From Candidatus Staskawiczbacteria bacterium (GTDB lineage: Bacteria > Patescibacteriota > Minisyncoccia > Minisyncoccales > Staskawiczbacteraceae): a DNA stretch of 64,000 nt. The stretch covers positions 41,614 through 105,613 of the forward strand of contig CAIYRH010000010.1 of the NCBI GenBank assembly GCA_903928565.1. Reading direction: 5' to 3'. Under the pieces are notes generated by a model. It was not told the origin of the DNA, made no database searches, and saw nothing but the letters and a program-made list of their open reading frames with translations. Of this stretch, positions 18,615-27,597 are shown one piece after another (within the stretch, counting starts at the first letter, position 1; the number at the start of each line of letters is the position of its first letter). The position numbers were made by a program, and so were the translations under genes.

Positions 18615-18633
18615 AGTAATGATTATCATTAAC
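18615..18633 (+). promoter_or_regulatory. Fur-box-like operator
   Basis: agtaatgattatcattaac, 15/19 to GATAATGATAATCATTATC, just downstream of TTGACG-17-TATTAT. Confidence 0.6.
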
Positions 18634-18644
18634 TTTGTATAAAT

Positions 18645-19985
18645 ATGGATTCTGGAAATTTAAAGTTAACTTCTGCCCCAATAAAAGAACTTATTCAAAC
18701 CATGGCGGTGCCCGCCATTATTGGTTTCTTTTTTAATACGCTATTTAATGTAGTTGATACAATTTATTCAGGGTTAATTTCAACACAGGCCATAGCAGCC
18801 CTGTCTTTGTCTTTTCCTATCTTTTTCATTTTAATTTCCATTGGCACGGGCTTGTCGACGGGAGCCACTGCAATAATTTCTAATCATTTAGGCAGAGAAG
18901 ACCACACAGAGGGCAAAATTTATGCTTTGCAAACCATATCATTTGGAATTTTAATTTCTATTCCGCTCACAATTATTGGTTTGGCAGTTTCGCCATATTT
19001 GTTTACGTTGCTGGGGGCAACTGGCGAATATTTGGCTTTATCTTTGGCATTTATGAATATGATTTTTTACGGAACCGTATTTTTTATTATGGTTTACGTT
19101 TTTAATGCCATATTAAACGCCATTGGCGACACTAAAACATTCAGAAATTTTTTAGTTTCTGGTTTGTTTGTTAATATTATCTTAGACCCCTTGTTTATGT
19201 TTGGTTGGCTAGGGTTGCCCAAAATGGGAGTTGCGGGAGTTGCTTTAGCAACCGTTCTGGTGCAGGCAGGAGGAACTGTTTATATGGGGTGGAAGGCGTC
19301 TAAGACATTTTTATTTGAACAGCCCACTTTTAAAAAATTGGTTCCACAGAAAGGGCCATTTTGGGGAATAATAAAACAAGGACTTCCTTCGGCGTTAAAC
19401 ACTGCCAGCGTTGGCGTTGGAATATTTGTAATAACTTATTTTATATCCATTTTTGGTAAAGAATCTGTTGCAGCTTATGGCATAGCAACTCGAGTTGAGC
19501 AGTTGTTTCTTTTGCCCTTGGTTGGGTTAAGTGTTGCCACCTTAACTTTGGTGGGACAGAACAACGGAGCAAGAAAGTTTGACAGGGTAAGAGAAACTCT
19601 CAAAATAACAACAAAGTATGGCGTATACCTCATGACATTTGGGGCTTTATGTATATTTTGCTTTTCGTCATATTTTATGAGAATTTTTACTGCCGATGCA
19701 AGCGTTATAAGCATTGGCTCGCATTACTTAAAATATGCCGCATTTTTAACGTGGGCTTATTTGTTTATATTTTTAAATATTTCAGCTTTACAGGGATTAA
19801 AAAAACCAATGTATGCTTTATATATTGGTTTAGCAAGACAAATAATTTTTCCGCTAGTTATGTTTGTATGGCTGTCTTCCTATTTTGGAATAGATGGAAT
19901 TTGGATTTCAGTTTTTTTTATAAATTGGACGGCTGCAATTATAACAGTATTTTATGTAAAAAAACAAATTGCCAAACTAACTTAA
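18645..19985 (+). CDS. MATE family efflux transporter
   Basis: NVVDTIYSG, GDTKT, NIILDPLF, GVAGVALAT, VGQNNGA; multi-TM. Confidence 0.92.
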   Translation: MDSGNLKLTSAPIKELIQTMAVPAIIGFFFNTLFNVVDTIYSGLISTQAIAALSLSFPIFFILISIGTGLSTGATAIISNHLGREDHTEGKIYALQTISFGILISIPLTIIGLAVSPYLFTLLGATGEYLALSLAFMNMIFYGTVFFIMVYVFNAILNAIGDTKTFRNFLVSGLFVNIILDPLFMFGWLGLPKMGVAGVALATVLVQAGGTVYMGWKASKTFLFEQPTFKKLVPQKGPFWGIIKQGLPSALNTASVGVGIFVITYFISIFGKESVAAYGIATRVEQLFLLPLVGLSVATLTLVGQNNGARKFDRVRETLKITTKYGVYLMTFGALCIFCFSSYFMRIFTADASVISIGSHYLKYAAFLTWAYLFIFLNISALQGLKKPMYALYIGLARQIIFPLVMFVWLSSYFGIDGIWISVFFINWTAAIITVFYVKKQIAKLT

Positions 19986-19989
19986 ACAC

Positions 19990-20307
19990 ATGATTAAAAA
20001 AAGTTTAGTTAAAAAATTTAAATATAATAATGGCAAATATGTAGGAAGCTCAGTAGACGCACTATATGGTAATGTTAAGGTTCAAATAATTATAAAGCAA
20101 GGGAAATTAAAAGAAATAGAAGTTATAGATTATCCCAAGGAAGATTTTTATTCTGAGGAAGTGAATGGCAGGGCACTTCCTGTCTTAAAAAAAGAAGCAA
20201 TATTAAAACAAACCAGCAATATTGATACGGTTTCAGGAGCTACAGAAACAAGTGAGGGTTTTATTAAGTCTTTAAAGTCTGCGCTTTTTAAGGCAAGCAA
20301 AATATAA
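19990..20307 (+). CDS. FMN-binding (FMN_bind) domain protein without a membrane anchor
   Basis: YGNVKV and IDTVSGATETS flavinylation motif; paralog of 35761. Confidence 0.82.
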   Translation: MIKKSLVKKFKYNNGKYVGSSVDALYGNVKVQIIIKQGKLKEIEVIDYPKEDFYSEEVNGRALPVLKKEAILKQTSNIDTVSGATETSEGFIKSLKSALFKASKI

Positions 20308-20327
20308 TAAATGTCTATTTGTAATTT

Positions 20328-20360
20328 ACCTTTTAATTAAGGTGTTTTTTTGGTAAAGTA
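20328..20360 (+). repeat. Repeated terminator/extended -10 module, degenerate copy
   Basis: accttttaattaaggtgtttttttggtaaagta. Confidence 0.65.
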
Positions 20361-20388
20361 AAATAATTATTAATTAAACTTAAAAATT

Positions 20389-20604
20389 ATGAAATTATGG
20401 AATTGGCTTATATACATAACTAATAATGAAGAAAATTCTAGGCATGAGCAACAATTTGATGTGGCGTTTTTTATTATTAACACGGTTGCGCTAGCTGTAG
20501 GTGTTTATATGTTTATTAAATATGGTGCGCCAGAATGGATTCCAGTGCTTATTATTGAATACACTTGGGCGCTTGATAATTTGCGTAATAATAGAAACTA
20601 TTAA
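20389..20604 (+). CDS. Small membrane protein, copy B
   Basis: Paralog of 18268-18480. Confidence 0.8.
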   Translation: MKLWNWLIYITNNEENSRHEQQFDVAFFIINTVALAVGVYMFIKYGAPEWIPVLIIEYTWALDNLRNNRNY

Positions 20605-20641
20605 AATAAAAAAACTGCCTATTAAAGCAGAAAGGGTGGGT

Positions 20642-20674
20642 GGTGGCTCAGTCACACATAGCAACTGAGCCACC
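20642..20674 (-). terminator. Strong hairpin closing the minus-strand GC-rich unit
   Basis: ggtggctcagt...actgagccacc. Confidence 0.55.
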
Positions 20675-20793
20675 CTGATTATCTTCGACCCGAGGGGGCC
20701 GAGATCGTGTGCTCCGAAGGCGGAGCAGATTTGGCCTTATGGCCGATTGTGGCGCTTCGCAAAGCGCGTATTCGGCCGGATTCGTTCTTGGCT

Positions 20794-20988
20794 CTACGCG
20801 TTGTCGAGGGGCGCCAAGCCGGCGTGAATGCCGTTCTTAGCAGCGTGGATGTTGATGCCGGCCATGCGGATGGTGGTCGTCGCGTTATTGATTGCGACGG
20901 GGGATTGGTTGGCGATTGCCAGTAGCTGTCGGCCTTCTTGACGTTGAGCATTGGCGATCACGACGTTGTTTTGGCATTTTCGGGCCAT
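20794..20988 (-). CDS. Putative 64-aa orphan protein MARKCQNNVV... (GC-elevated)
   Basis: ATG directly after a CCAACC tract and downstream of a promoter; C-ending codon bias. Confidence 0.4.
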   Translation of the reverse strand: MARKCQNNVVIANAQRQEGRQLLAIANQSPVAINNATTTIRMAGINIHAAKNGIHAGLAPLDNA

Positions 20989-21060
20989 AACGGTATTGGG
21001 GTTGGGGTTGGGGTTGGATTGAATCCAGAATCTCCTTTTGGGAGAATTGCGGCCTACATC

Positions 21061-21132
21061 CGTAGCCACAACCATAAAGCTCCATTTAGAACCTTGTGGC
21101 TGTGGCTACAATAGAGATTGTTGTTAATGAAC
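21061..21132 (-). promoter_or_regulatory. boxA-like motif plus long leader hairpin
   Basis: Minus strand gttcattaacaa then tgtagccacagcca/tggttgtggctacg; G-U pairs work only on the minus strand. Confidence 0.55.
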
Positions 21133-21152
21133 TATTGGAAAACATTATATTA

Positions 21153-21181
21153 AGTCTATAAAAAAGCAAATATTGTGTCAA
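21153..21181 (-). promoter_or_regulatory. sigma70 promoter
   Basis: TTGACA-17-TAGACT on the minus strand. Confidence 0.7.
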
Positions 21182-21221
21182 GGGGGTTGATGCATAAAAT
21201 ATTTTTTGGTAAAATAAAAAC

Positions 21222-21827
21222 ATGAAAAAAGAAATTTCAATAACATTAATTTTAATTATCGTGGTCTGCGTAATTATTAGCGGGTTTTATTTGATGAAAC
21301 CAAAACAAACGTCAACAACTAATTTAATTAATTCAACTATAAAAAATATGCAACACACAATAAAAATAAAAACAAGCATGGGTGACATAAGTTTTGTAAC
21401 TTATGATGGTGATGCTCCAAACACAGTTAAAAACTTTATAACATTGGCCGAGAAAGGGTTTTACGATGGTGTGATTTTTCACAGAGTAATTCCTGGCTTT
21501 ATGGTTCAAGGTGGCGATCCAACGGGAACCGGCACTGGTGGCCCTGGTTATAAATTTGCCGATGAATTAAACCCACAAACAGATTCTTACAAAGAAGGTT
21601 ACAAAAAAGGCGTGGTGGCTATGGCAAATGCTGGCCCAAACACCAATGGCAGCCAATTTTTTATAATGGTGGCCGATTACCCTTTGCCAAATAATTACAC
21701 AATTTTTGGAAAAGTTGTTTCGGGGCAAGATGTTGCCGATGCCATTTCTAATGTAAAAACTAACGCAAGCGATAAGCCCGTTACAGCTGTAACAATGGAA
21801 AAAGTTACAGTAGCCGAAAATAAATAA
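21222..21827 (+). CDS. Cyclophilin-type peptidyl-prolyl isomerase with N-terminal anchor
   Basis: FHRVIPGFMVQGGDP, AMANAGPNTNGSQFFI, YTIFGKV. Confidence 0.95.
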   Translation: MKKEISITLILIIVVCVIISGFYLMKPKQTSTTNLINSTIKNMQHTIKIKTSMGDISFVTYDGDAPNTVKNFITLAEKGFYDGVIFHRVIPGFMVQGGDPTGTGTGGPGYKFADELNPQTDSYKEGYKKGVVAMANAGPNTNGSQFFIMVADYPLPNNYTIFGKVVSGQDVADAISNVKTNASDKPVTAVTMEKVTVAENK

Positions 21828-21853
21828 AATTCGCTCGGCAATCAAATTTTAAG

Positions 21854-21875
21854 GCCGCCCTTTGGGGCGGTTTTT
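21854..21875 (+). terminator. Intrinsic terminator
   Basis: gccgccc-tttg-gggcggttttt. Confidence 0.75.
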
Positions 21876-21878
21876 GGA

Positions 21879-21956
21879 TTGACAAGAAGTCGGTTTAGAT
21901 GTATTTTAGATATAATTGCAATAAGGGGTTGCAAGAGCAGACGGTTCTTTGAAAAC
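21879..21956 (+). promoter_or_regulatory. sigma70 promoter plus boxA-like motif
   Basis: TTGACA-17-TATTTT; gttctttgaaaac at 21944-21956. Confidence 0.65.
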
Positions 21957-21969
21957 GAGGGACTAACAA

Positions 21970-22110
21970 ATGAAAAGCCTAATTGAATTTTTTTCAAGTT
22001 GCACAGCAGAGCAGTTGGCAGTAGCCAGCATGGTGGGTCTTTGGGCAGTAATAATTGCGGGAGCCATTATTTTCGCCATTTACTATAATGGCGGAGTGAA
22101 AGACGAATAA
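21970..22110 (+). CDS. 46-aa single-TM protein, not in ORF track
   Basis: MKSLIEFFSSCTAEQLAVASMVGLWAVIIAGAIIFAIYYNGGVKDE, preceded by SD-like gaggg. Confidence 0.6.
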   Translation: MKSLIEFFSSCTAEQLAVASMVGLWAVIIAGAIIFAIYYNGGVKDE

Positions 22111-22132
22111 GAACCATAGAAAAAAACAAAAA

Positions 22133-22624
22133 ATGAAACTTCCAACTGTTAAAGACTTCCTTAGTGAAGAAGAAAGGGCCCGTGCAGTTTTTTTGAAGCC
22201 TGCAATTGGCAAAGAGCTTGCAATTGTTTATGGACTTGGACGATATTACTTTCGGGAAGCTACTGATATAGCAGTGCGGTTAATGACGCTTCAACCCGAT
22301 TCAGTGGTTCCTTTTCATATGCACCCAGGCAAGGGAGACAAGCTGAAAGACAAGCTCTATTTTTTTCTGGGAGCTAGTCAGTTTAAGGTTGTAATACAAT
22401 CAGAGAGCCAGATGACTAACCAAGTTTTTACGATGGATTCTGTGGATTCTAGGAACAAACTTGTCATTCCGGCTGGGCATCCACATTGTTTGATATATTT
22501 CCCAAGGCACCAAAGAGTGCAATGTACAGTTCTTGTGGTGGCATCTTCTCCAAATGCCGATATTATTTGGGAAGACGACGCAGAAAAGCTCGTTCTCAAC
22601 GAGCATCTTAAGTCAGCTGATTAG
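22133..22624 (+). CDS. Cupin-fold protein
   Basis: PFHMHP...LYFFLG and IPAGHPH cupin motifs. Confidence 0.7.
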   Translation: MKLPTVKDFLSEEERARAVFLKPAIGKELAIVYGLGRYYFREATDIAVRLMTLQPDSVVPFHMHPGKGDKLKDKLYFFLGASQFKVVIQSESQMTNQVFTMDSVDSRNKLVIPAGHPHCLIYFPRHQRVQCTVLVVASSPNADIIWEDDAEKLVLNEHLKSAD

Positions 22625-22695
22625 GCCATACCCCGCGGTTAATACTAAGGGGATTTTTTTTGCTACTTAAGGGAAAAAATGATATAGTAACTGAT

Positions 22696-23610
22696 ATGAA
22701 AATGAAAAAAATACCTATTGGCTCGCTACTTATAATAACCGCAGCCTTGCTTTGGGCAGTAGATGGCGTAATTCGTAGAAATTTATATACATTACCGCCA
22801 ATTACTATAATTTTCTTTGAGCATTTAATAGGTTTAATTATTCTAACGCCTTTTGTTTTTAAATACGTAATTAAGGCCAAACTTAGCGGGCGCGAATGGT
22901 GGCTGGTTATTTTAATTGCAGTATTGAGCGGACTTTTGGGCACATTGTGGTTTACAACGGCTTTGCTTAAAGTTTCTTTTATTTCTTTTTCGGTAGTATT
23001 TTTGTTGCAAAAACTTCAACCAATTTTTGCAATAACTACGGCTTCAATATTTTTAAAAGAAAAATTTGATAAACGTTACATTGTATGGGCAGTTTTGGCA
23101 ATTATTTCTGCATATTTTGTTACCTTTCCAAATGGTTATGTAAACTTAGCCACGGGGGCGGGCACAATAATAGCCGCGCTTTATGCATTGGGAGCCGCCT
23201 TTGCTTGGGGCACTTCAACAACTTTTTCAAAAATGCTTTTAGGAAAAGTGCGCGCCGAGGTAAGCACTTTTTACAGATTTCTCTTTACAGTTATAATTTC
23301 CTTGCCAATAATAATTTTCTTTGGCTACCGCGCAAGTTTATTTGCAGTGCTGCCATATCAACTTGGGTTGTTTATTCTTATAGCCGTTTCAACGGGAATG
23401 GTGGCAGTGGTAATTTATTATAAGGGGTTGGCAAGCACGCCAGTGCATATTTCAACCATTCTAGAGCTGACGTTTCCTTTTGTGGCAATTTTAATAGATA
23501 TGATTTTGTACCACAATTTTTTAACCGTTTCACAGTGGGTTTTCGCATGTTTGTTGGTATTCAGCATTTACCGCATTGCGCAACTTCGCGAACCCACAAC
23601 AATTAATTAA
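22696..23610 (+). CDS. DMT/EamA family transporter
   Basis: About 10 TM segments, LQKLQPIF, ASIFLKEK, YYKGL; ATG at 22696. Confidence 0.88.
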   Translation: MKMKKIPIGSLLIITAALLWAVDGVIRRNLYTLPPITIIFFEHLIGLIILTPFVFKYVIKAKLSGREWWLVILIAVLSGLLGTLWFTTALLKVSFISFSVVFLLQKLQPIFAITTASIFLKEKFDKRYIVWAVLAIISAYFVTFPNGYVNLATGAGTIIAALYALGAAFAWGTSTTFSKMLLGKVRAEVSTFYRFLFTVIISLPIIIFFGYRASLFAVLPYQLGLFILIAVSTGMVAVVIYYKGLASTPVHISTILELTFPFVAILIDMILYHNFLTVSQWVFACLLVFSIYRIAQLREPTTIN

Positions 23611-23611
23611 A

Positions 23612-23947
23612 ATGGAAAACATAACTGGTAAAGTTGTAAAAGGCATACAAAAAGGAAGAACTTTGGGCTTTCCTACAGCTAACATTAAAACAAACAGCAA
23701 TATTGAAGCCGGCATATACGCCGGTTATGTTATAGCAGATAACAAAAAATATTCTGCGGCACTTTATTTCCCGGGAAACAAAATTGCAGAGGCCTACATT
23801 TTTGATTTTGAGGGCAATTTGTATGGCAAAGAAGTAAACGTTGAAATAATAAAAAAAATTAGAGATAAAAAAATATTTAAAAATGACAAAGAAGCCAAAG
23901 ACCAAATTGCAAAAGATGTAATAGAAATAAAAAAATGGACGAAGTAA
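23612..23947 (+). CDS. Monofunctional riboflavin kinase
   Basis: GKVVKGIQKGRTLGFPTANI, GIYAG, EAYIFDFEGNLYG, IRDKKIF. Confidence 0.9.
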   Translation: MENITGKVVKGIQKGRTLGFPTANIKTNSNIEAGIYAGYVIADNKKYSAALYFPGNKIAEAYIFDFEGNLYGKEVNVEIIKKIRDKKIFKNDKEAKDQIAKDVIEIKKWTK

Positions 23948-25386
23948 TATTAAAATTTAGCAATGTTTCTTTTGAATGGGCTACCAATAAACCAATATTA
24001 AACGAGGCCAGTTTTTCGGTGCGCCGAGGTTCAAAAATTACCCTAATGGGGCAAAATGGGGCTGGAAAAAGCACAATTTTTCAATTAATAACCGGTGAAT
24101 CAAAACCCGAGGGTGGCGCAATTAATATAAACAATAATTTAACAACCGCCACCGCAAAACAGGTAATTCCCAGAGAAGATTTAGATTTAACTGTTAAAGA
24201 ATTTTTCGAAAAGTGTTTTAGGGAAAAAGTTTATGATATTGATAAAAAAATTGATGACATTTTAGAAGTAGTTAATTTTACAACGCCTCACGATAGGCCA
24301 GTTAAAAATCTTTCGGGCGGGCAACAGGCCAGAATTCTTTTGGCAGGGGCGTTAATTCAAAACCCCGATTTGCTTTTGTTAGACGAGCCCACAAACAATT
24401 TAGATAAAGCTGGCATTGAACATTTAACAAAATTTATTCTTGAATACCCAAAAACATGTATTGTTATTTCGCACGATGCCGATTTTTTAAATACTTTTAC
24501 AGAGGGTGTTTTATATTTAGATATTTTTTCTAAAAAAATTGAACAATACACGGGTGATTATTTTACAGTGGTTGAAGAAATTAGGTTGCGCCTAGAAAGA
24601 GAGCGTATGAAAAACGCCAGATTAGAAAAAGACATTTCGCACAGAAAAGAACAGGCAAACTTTTTTGCTCAAAAAGGCGGTCATTTAAGAGATGTGTCGT
24701 CAAAAATGAGAAAGAAAATAGAAGAACTTGAAAGTGATATTGTAGACCTAAGAAGAGAAGACAAAACCATAAAAAACTTTTCTATTCCTGCCCAAAAAGA
24801 TATTGGAGGCGTAATTTTACAATTAGATTCTGTTGCTGTTTCTAAAAATCATAAATTTGTAAATAAAAAAGTTAATATAACTTTAAACAAAAAAGAAAGA
24901 CTGCTTTTAACTGGTCCAAATGGAATTGGCAAAACAACTCTTTTAGAAAAGTTGGCATCGGGGCATATGAAGGGCGAACACATTAAGGCTGGCGTGAAAA
25001 TTGGCTATTACAGGCAAGATTTTTCAACTTTAGATTTCAATGTAACCGTTTACCAAACGCTTTCAAATGCCATGGATGAAGATGGCACCGAACAAGGGTT
25101 AAGGGCTCATGCGGCCGGTTTTTTATTAGACGCGGAAATTTTAAAAGTAAAAATTGGTTCGCTTTCTGAAGGGCAAAAAGGGTTAGTTGCTTTTGCCACT
25201 ATTGCGCTAGAAAAACCGGGTTTGCTAATTTTAGACGAGCCAACCAACCATATTAATTTTAGACACATTCCTGTGATTGCAAAAGCTATAAATAATTTTG
25301 ACGGTGCAATGATTTTGGTTAGTCACGTTAAAGATTTTGTGGAAAAAATTAAAGTTGATTTTACATTAGATCTTGGATCTTTATGA
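23935..25386 (+). CDS. ABC-F family ATPase
   Basis: Two NBDs (GQNGAGKS/LSGGQ/DEPTN and GPNGIGKT/LSEGQ/DEPTN), no TM segments. Confidence 0.92.
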   Translation: MDEVILKFSNVSFEWATNKPILNEASFSVRRGSKITLMGQNGAGKSTIFQLITGESKPEGGAININNNLTTATAKQVIPREDLDLTVKEFFEKCFREKVYDIDKKIDDILEVVNFTTPHDRPVKNLSGGQQARILLAGALIQNPDLLLLDEPTNNLDKAGIEHLTKFILEYPKTCIVISHDADFLNTFTEGVLYLDIFSKKIEQYTGDYFTVVEEIRLRLERERMKNARLEKDISHRKEQANFFAQKGGHLRDVSSKMRKKIEELESDIVDLRREDKTIKNFSIPAQKDIGGVILQLDSVAVSKNHKFVNKKVNITLNKKERLLLTGPNGIGKTTLLEKLASGHMKGEHIKAGVKIGYYRQDFSTLDFNVTVYQTLSNAMDEDGTEQGLRAHAAGFLLDAEILKVKIGSLSEGQKGLVAFATIALEKPGLLILDEPTNHINFRHIPVIAKAINNFDGAMILVSHVKDFVEKIKVDFTLDLGSL

Positions 25387-26207
25387 AAAAAAATAATTTA
25401 TTGTTTTGGATAGTTATAATAATTGTAATATTGTCTGCAATTGGTTATGTGCGGTTGTATTTTTTATATGCCGAAGGTATTGTTACAACGCCCAATTTGC
25501 CGGCAGTAGCGCACGTAGTGTTGCCCGTAAAAGTTGAGAATAAAGTTTTTGGTTATTCTGTGCAGAACAAACCAATTGAAGGTTATGAAATAGGAAACGG
25601 GCAAGATGTCATTTTATTAATTGGCGCCATACACGGCAACGAAGTTGGCACCGCTGAATTGCTTAATCAACTAGTTGCAGAAATAAAACTTAATCCTAAA
25701 ATAATTCCTAATAATAAAAAAATAATAATTATACCCGTAACCAACCCCGACGGTTTTACCATTTCACAAAAATTTAATGCCAATGGAGTTAATTTAAATT
25801 TAAATTTTGATACTCCTGGCTGGAAAAATTATGGTCCACAAGGCACTTATGCTGGCACCAAACCATTTTCCGAACCCGAGAGTTTGACCATAAAACAGGT
25901 AATTGAAAAATATAAACCGCAAATGATGATTTCATTTCATTCACAAGGAGCCATTGTTAACCCTGAAGAAGATGCTCAGTCTGATGCATTGGGGGAATGG
26001 TATGCCCAAAAAACAGGCTACACTTATTCCGATTCTGCCGATCTTGGTTGGGACTTTTTTGGAACGGCAACCGGTTGGTTTGCCCAAAACTATAATAAAC
26101 CAGCTATTACAGTTGAAATTACCAGTCATACAGAAAGCGATTGGGACATAAATAAACCAGCACTAATTGAACTTGTGTCTTCAAATAATTTGACCGCAAC
26201 TCAATAA
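25383..26207 (+). CDS. M14 zinc carboxypeptidase (MpaA-like), membrane anchored
   Basis: IHGNE, NPDG, NANGVNLNLNF, SEPE, SFHS, ITVE. Confidence 0.88.
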   Translation: MKKNNLLFWIVIIIVILSAIGYVRLYFLYAEGIVTTPNLPAVAHVVLPVKVENKVFGYSVQNKPIEGYEIGNGQDVILLIGAIHGNEVGTAELLNQLVAEIKLNPKIIPNNKKIIIIPVTNPDGFTISQKFNANGVNLNLNFDTPGWKNYGPQGTYAGTKPFSEPESLTIKQVIEKYKPQMMISFHSQGAIVNPEEDAQSDALGEWYAQKTGYTYSDSADLGWDFFGTATGWFAQNYNKPAITVEITSHTESDWDINKPALIELVSSNNLTATQ

Positions 26208-26254
26208 GTTTATATACTATAGTTGAGGCATTAAAATAATTTATAATAAAAAAT

Positions 26255-26503
26255 ATGTCTATATTAGAAACTTCTCAAATTATTTTTAATTTAATTATTT
26301 CCTTAGCGGTAATTTTAATTACTACCCTGGTTGTAGTTATAGCTTACGATATAATAAAAATTAGTAAATCATTTAAGAATTTAATAGAAAGCATTAGCAA
26401 GGGTTCTTCAGAAATTTACGAAAAAATAAATCAATTTCTGGAAAATATTTTTAAATTATCATTTTTGTCAAAATTCTTTAATAAAAAGAAAAAAGGTCGT
26501 TAG
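26255..26503 (+). CDS. Small single-TM hypothetical protein
   Basis: N-terminal TM plus coiled region, upstream of a YtxH-like gene. Confidence 0.65.
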   Translation: MSILETSQIIFNLIISLAVILITTLVVVIAYDIIKISKSFKNLIESISKGSSEIYEKINQFLENIFKLSFLSKFFNKKKKGR

Positions 26504-26524
26504 AAATAAATAACAAAAAAAATT

Positions 26525-26851
26525 ATGGCTACATCAAAAAAAGGAAGTGGAACGAAAATTTTAGAAGGTACAATTGCAGGTTTGGCTCTTGGAGTCGCCG
26601 CTACATTGTTTATGTCTTCTAAAAAGGGCAAAGAACTAAGAAACAATATTGCAGATGTTTCAGCTGATTTTTATAAATACATTTCACCAAAATTGAAAAA
26701 AGCTCAAAAAATGGGTGAGAAACAATACAAGGAATTTATGAAAAATTCAGTGGCACAATATGCTAAAGCAAAGAAGCTTACCGAATCAATGACAAAAGAA
26801 TTGGTAAAAGAAGCCCAGCAAACTTGGAAACATATTTCTAAGCATATTTAG
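26525..26851 (+). CDS. YtxH-like protein
   Basis: GLALGVAATLFMSSKKGKELR motif. Confidence 0.7.
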   Translation: MATSKKGSGTKILEGTIAGLALGVAATLFMSSKKGKELRNNIADVSADFYKYISPKLKKAQKMGEKQYKEFMKNSVAQYAKAKKLTESMTKELVKEAQQTWKHISKHI

Positions 26852-26870
26852 TGCATATCTAGGCAGCATC

Positions 26871-26905
26871 AAAAACCGTCCCGATGTACATCGGGACGGT
26901 TTTTT
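26871..26905 (+). terminator. Palindromic terminator
   Basis: aaaaaccgtcccgatgtacatcgggacggttttt. Confidence 0.75.
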
Positions 26906-26919
26906 GGTATATTAATTAA

Positions 26920-27591
26920 ATGGAATATCCAATAAGAATAAACAAATATTTAAGAGACAAGGGGTTGGCTTCCAGGCGTGAAGCCGATAAGCTCGTTGAA
27001 AGCGGGCTTGTTTTTGTTAATGGCAAACGTGTTGATAACGGCGCCATGGTGGCTGAAACTGACAAAGTAATGGTAAAAGAGCAAAAAGGAAAAGATAAAA
27101 AACAATATGTTTATTTGGCTTATTATAAACCCAGAAATTTACCCACTCAAGATTTGCCTGGCCGAAAAAGTGTAATTACCGAGTGGCGAGAAAAGGGGCT
27201 TTACCCTGTTGGCAGGCTCGACAAAAGCTCGGAAGGTTTGTTGCTTTTAACCAATGACGGCCGTTTTGCCAGAGATGTTTTAGATAAAAGTTCTAAATAT
27301 GAAAAAGAATATGTTGTAACGGTTAAAGAGCCCTTAAGAATTGGTGTGGTAAGAATTTTTAAAGAAGGCATGGACACTCAAGCTTTGGGCAAGTTGTTGC
27401 CGGCTCAAGCGCGAATTATAAACAATTCAAAAATTCAGGTTATTTTAAACGAAGGCAAGCGCCACCAAATTAGAGTTATGTTTAACGAATTAAATTATAC
27501 AATTTCTTCGTTAAAGCGTGTTCGCATTGGCGACATTAAGATAGGCATCTTAAAACCCGGCGAAACCCGCTCCATAAAGCCAAACGTATAA
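26920..27591 (+). CDS. rRNA pseudouridine synthase (RsuA/RluB/RluF family)
   Basis: S4 domain SRREAD, VGRLDKSSEGLLLLTNDG, EGKRHQIR. Confidence 0.93.
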   Translation: MEYPIRINKYLRDKGLASRREADKLVESGLVFVNGKRVDNGAMVAETDKVMVKEQKGKDKKQYVYLAYYKPRNLPTQDLPGRKSVITEWREKGLYPVGRLDKSSEGLLLLTNDGRFARDVLDKSSKYEKEYVVTVKEPLRIGVVRIFKEGMDTQALGKLLPAQARIINNSKIQVILNEGKRHQIRVMFNELNYTISSLKRVRIGDIKIGILKPGETRSIKPNV

Positions 27592-27597
27592 ATTGAA

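Noticed and set aside
16462..20360. Classical integron attC array or CRISPR
   Set aside because: Repeats lack clear RYYYAAC/GTTRRRY ends, spacing is gene-sized and no integrase is present; kept only as a cassette-like finding.
18268..20604. Diversity-generating retroelement TR/VR pair
   Set aside because: Differences between the duplicates are not adenine-specific and there is no reverse transcriptase.
20679..21085. Alternative overlapping ORFs 20679-20951, 20707-20925 and 20885-21085
   Set aside because: No homology cues; the 20988 start fits the leader architecture best, although none is proven.
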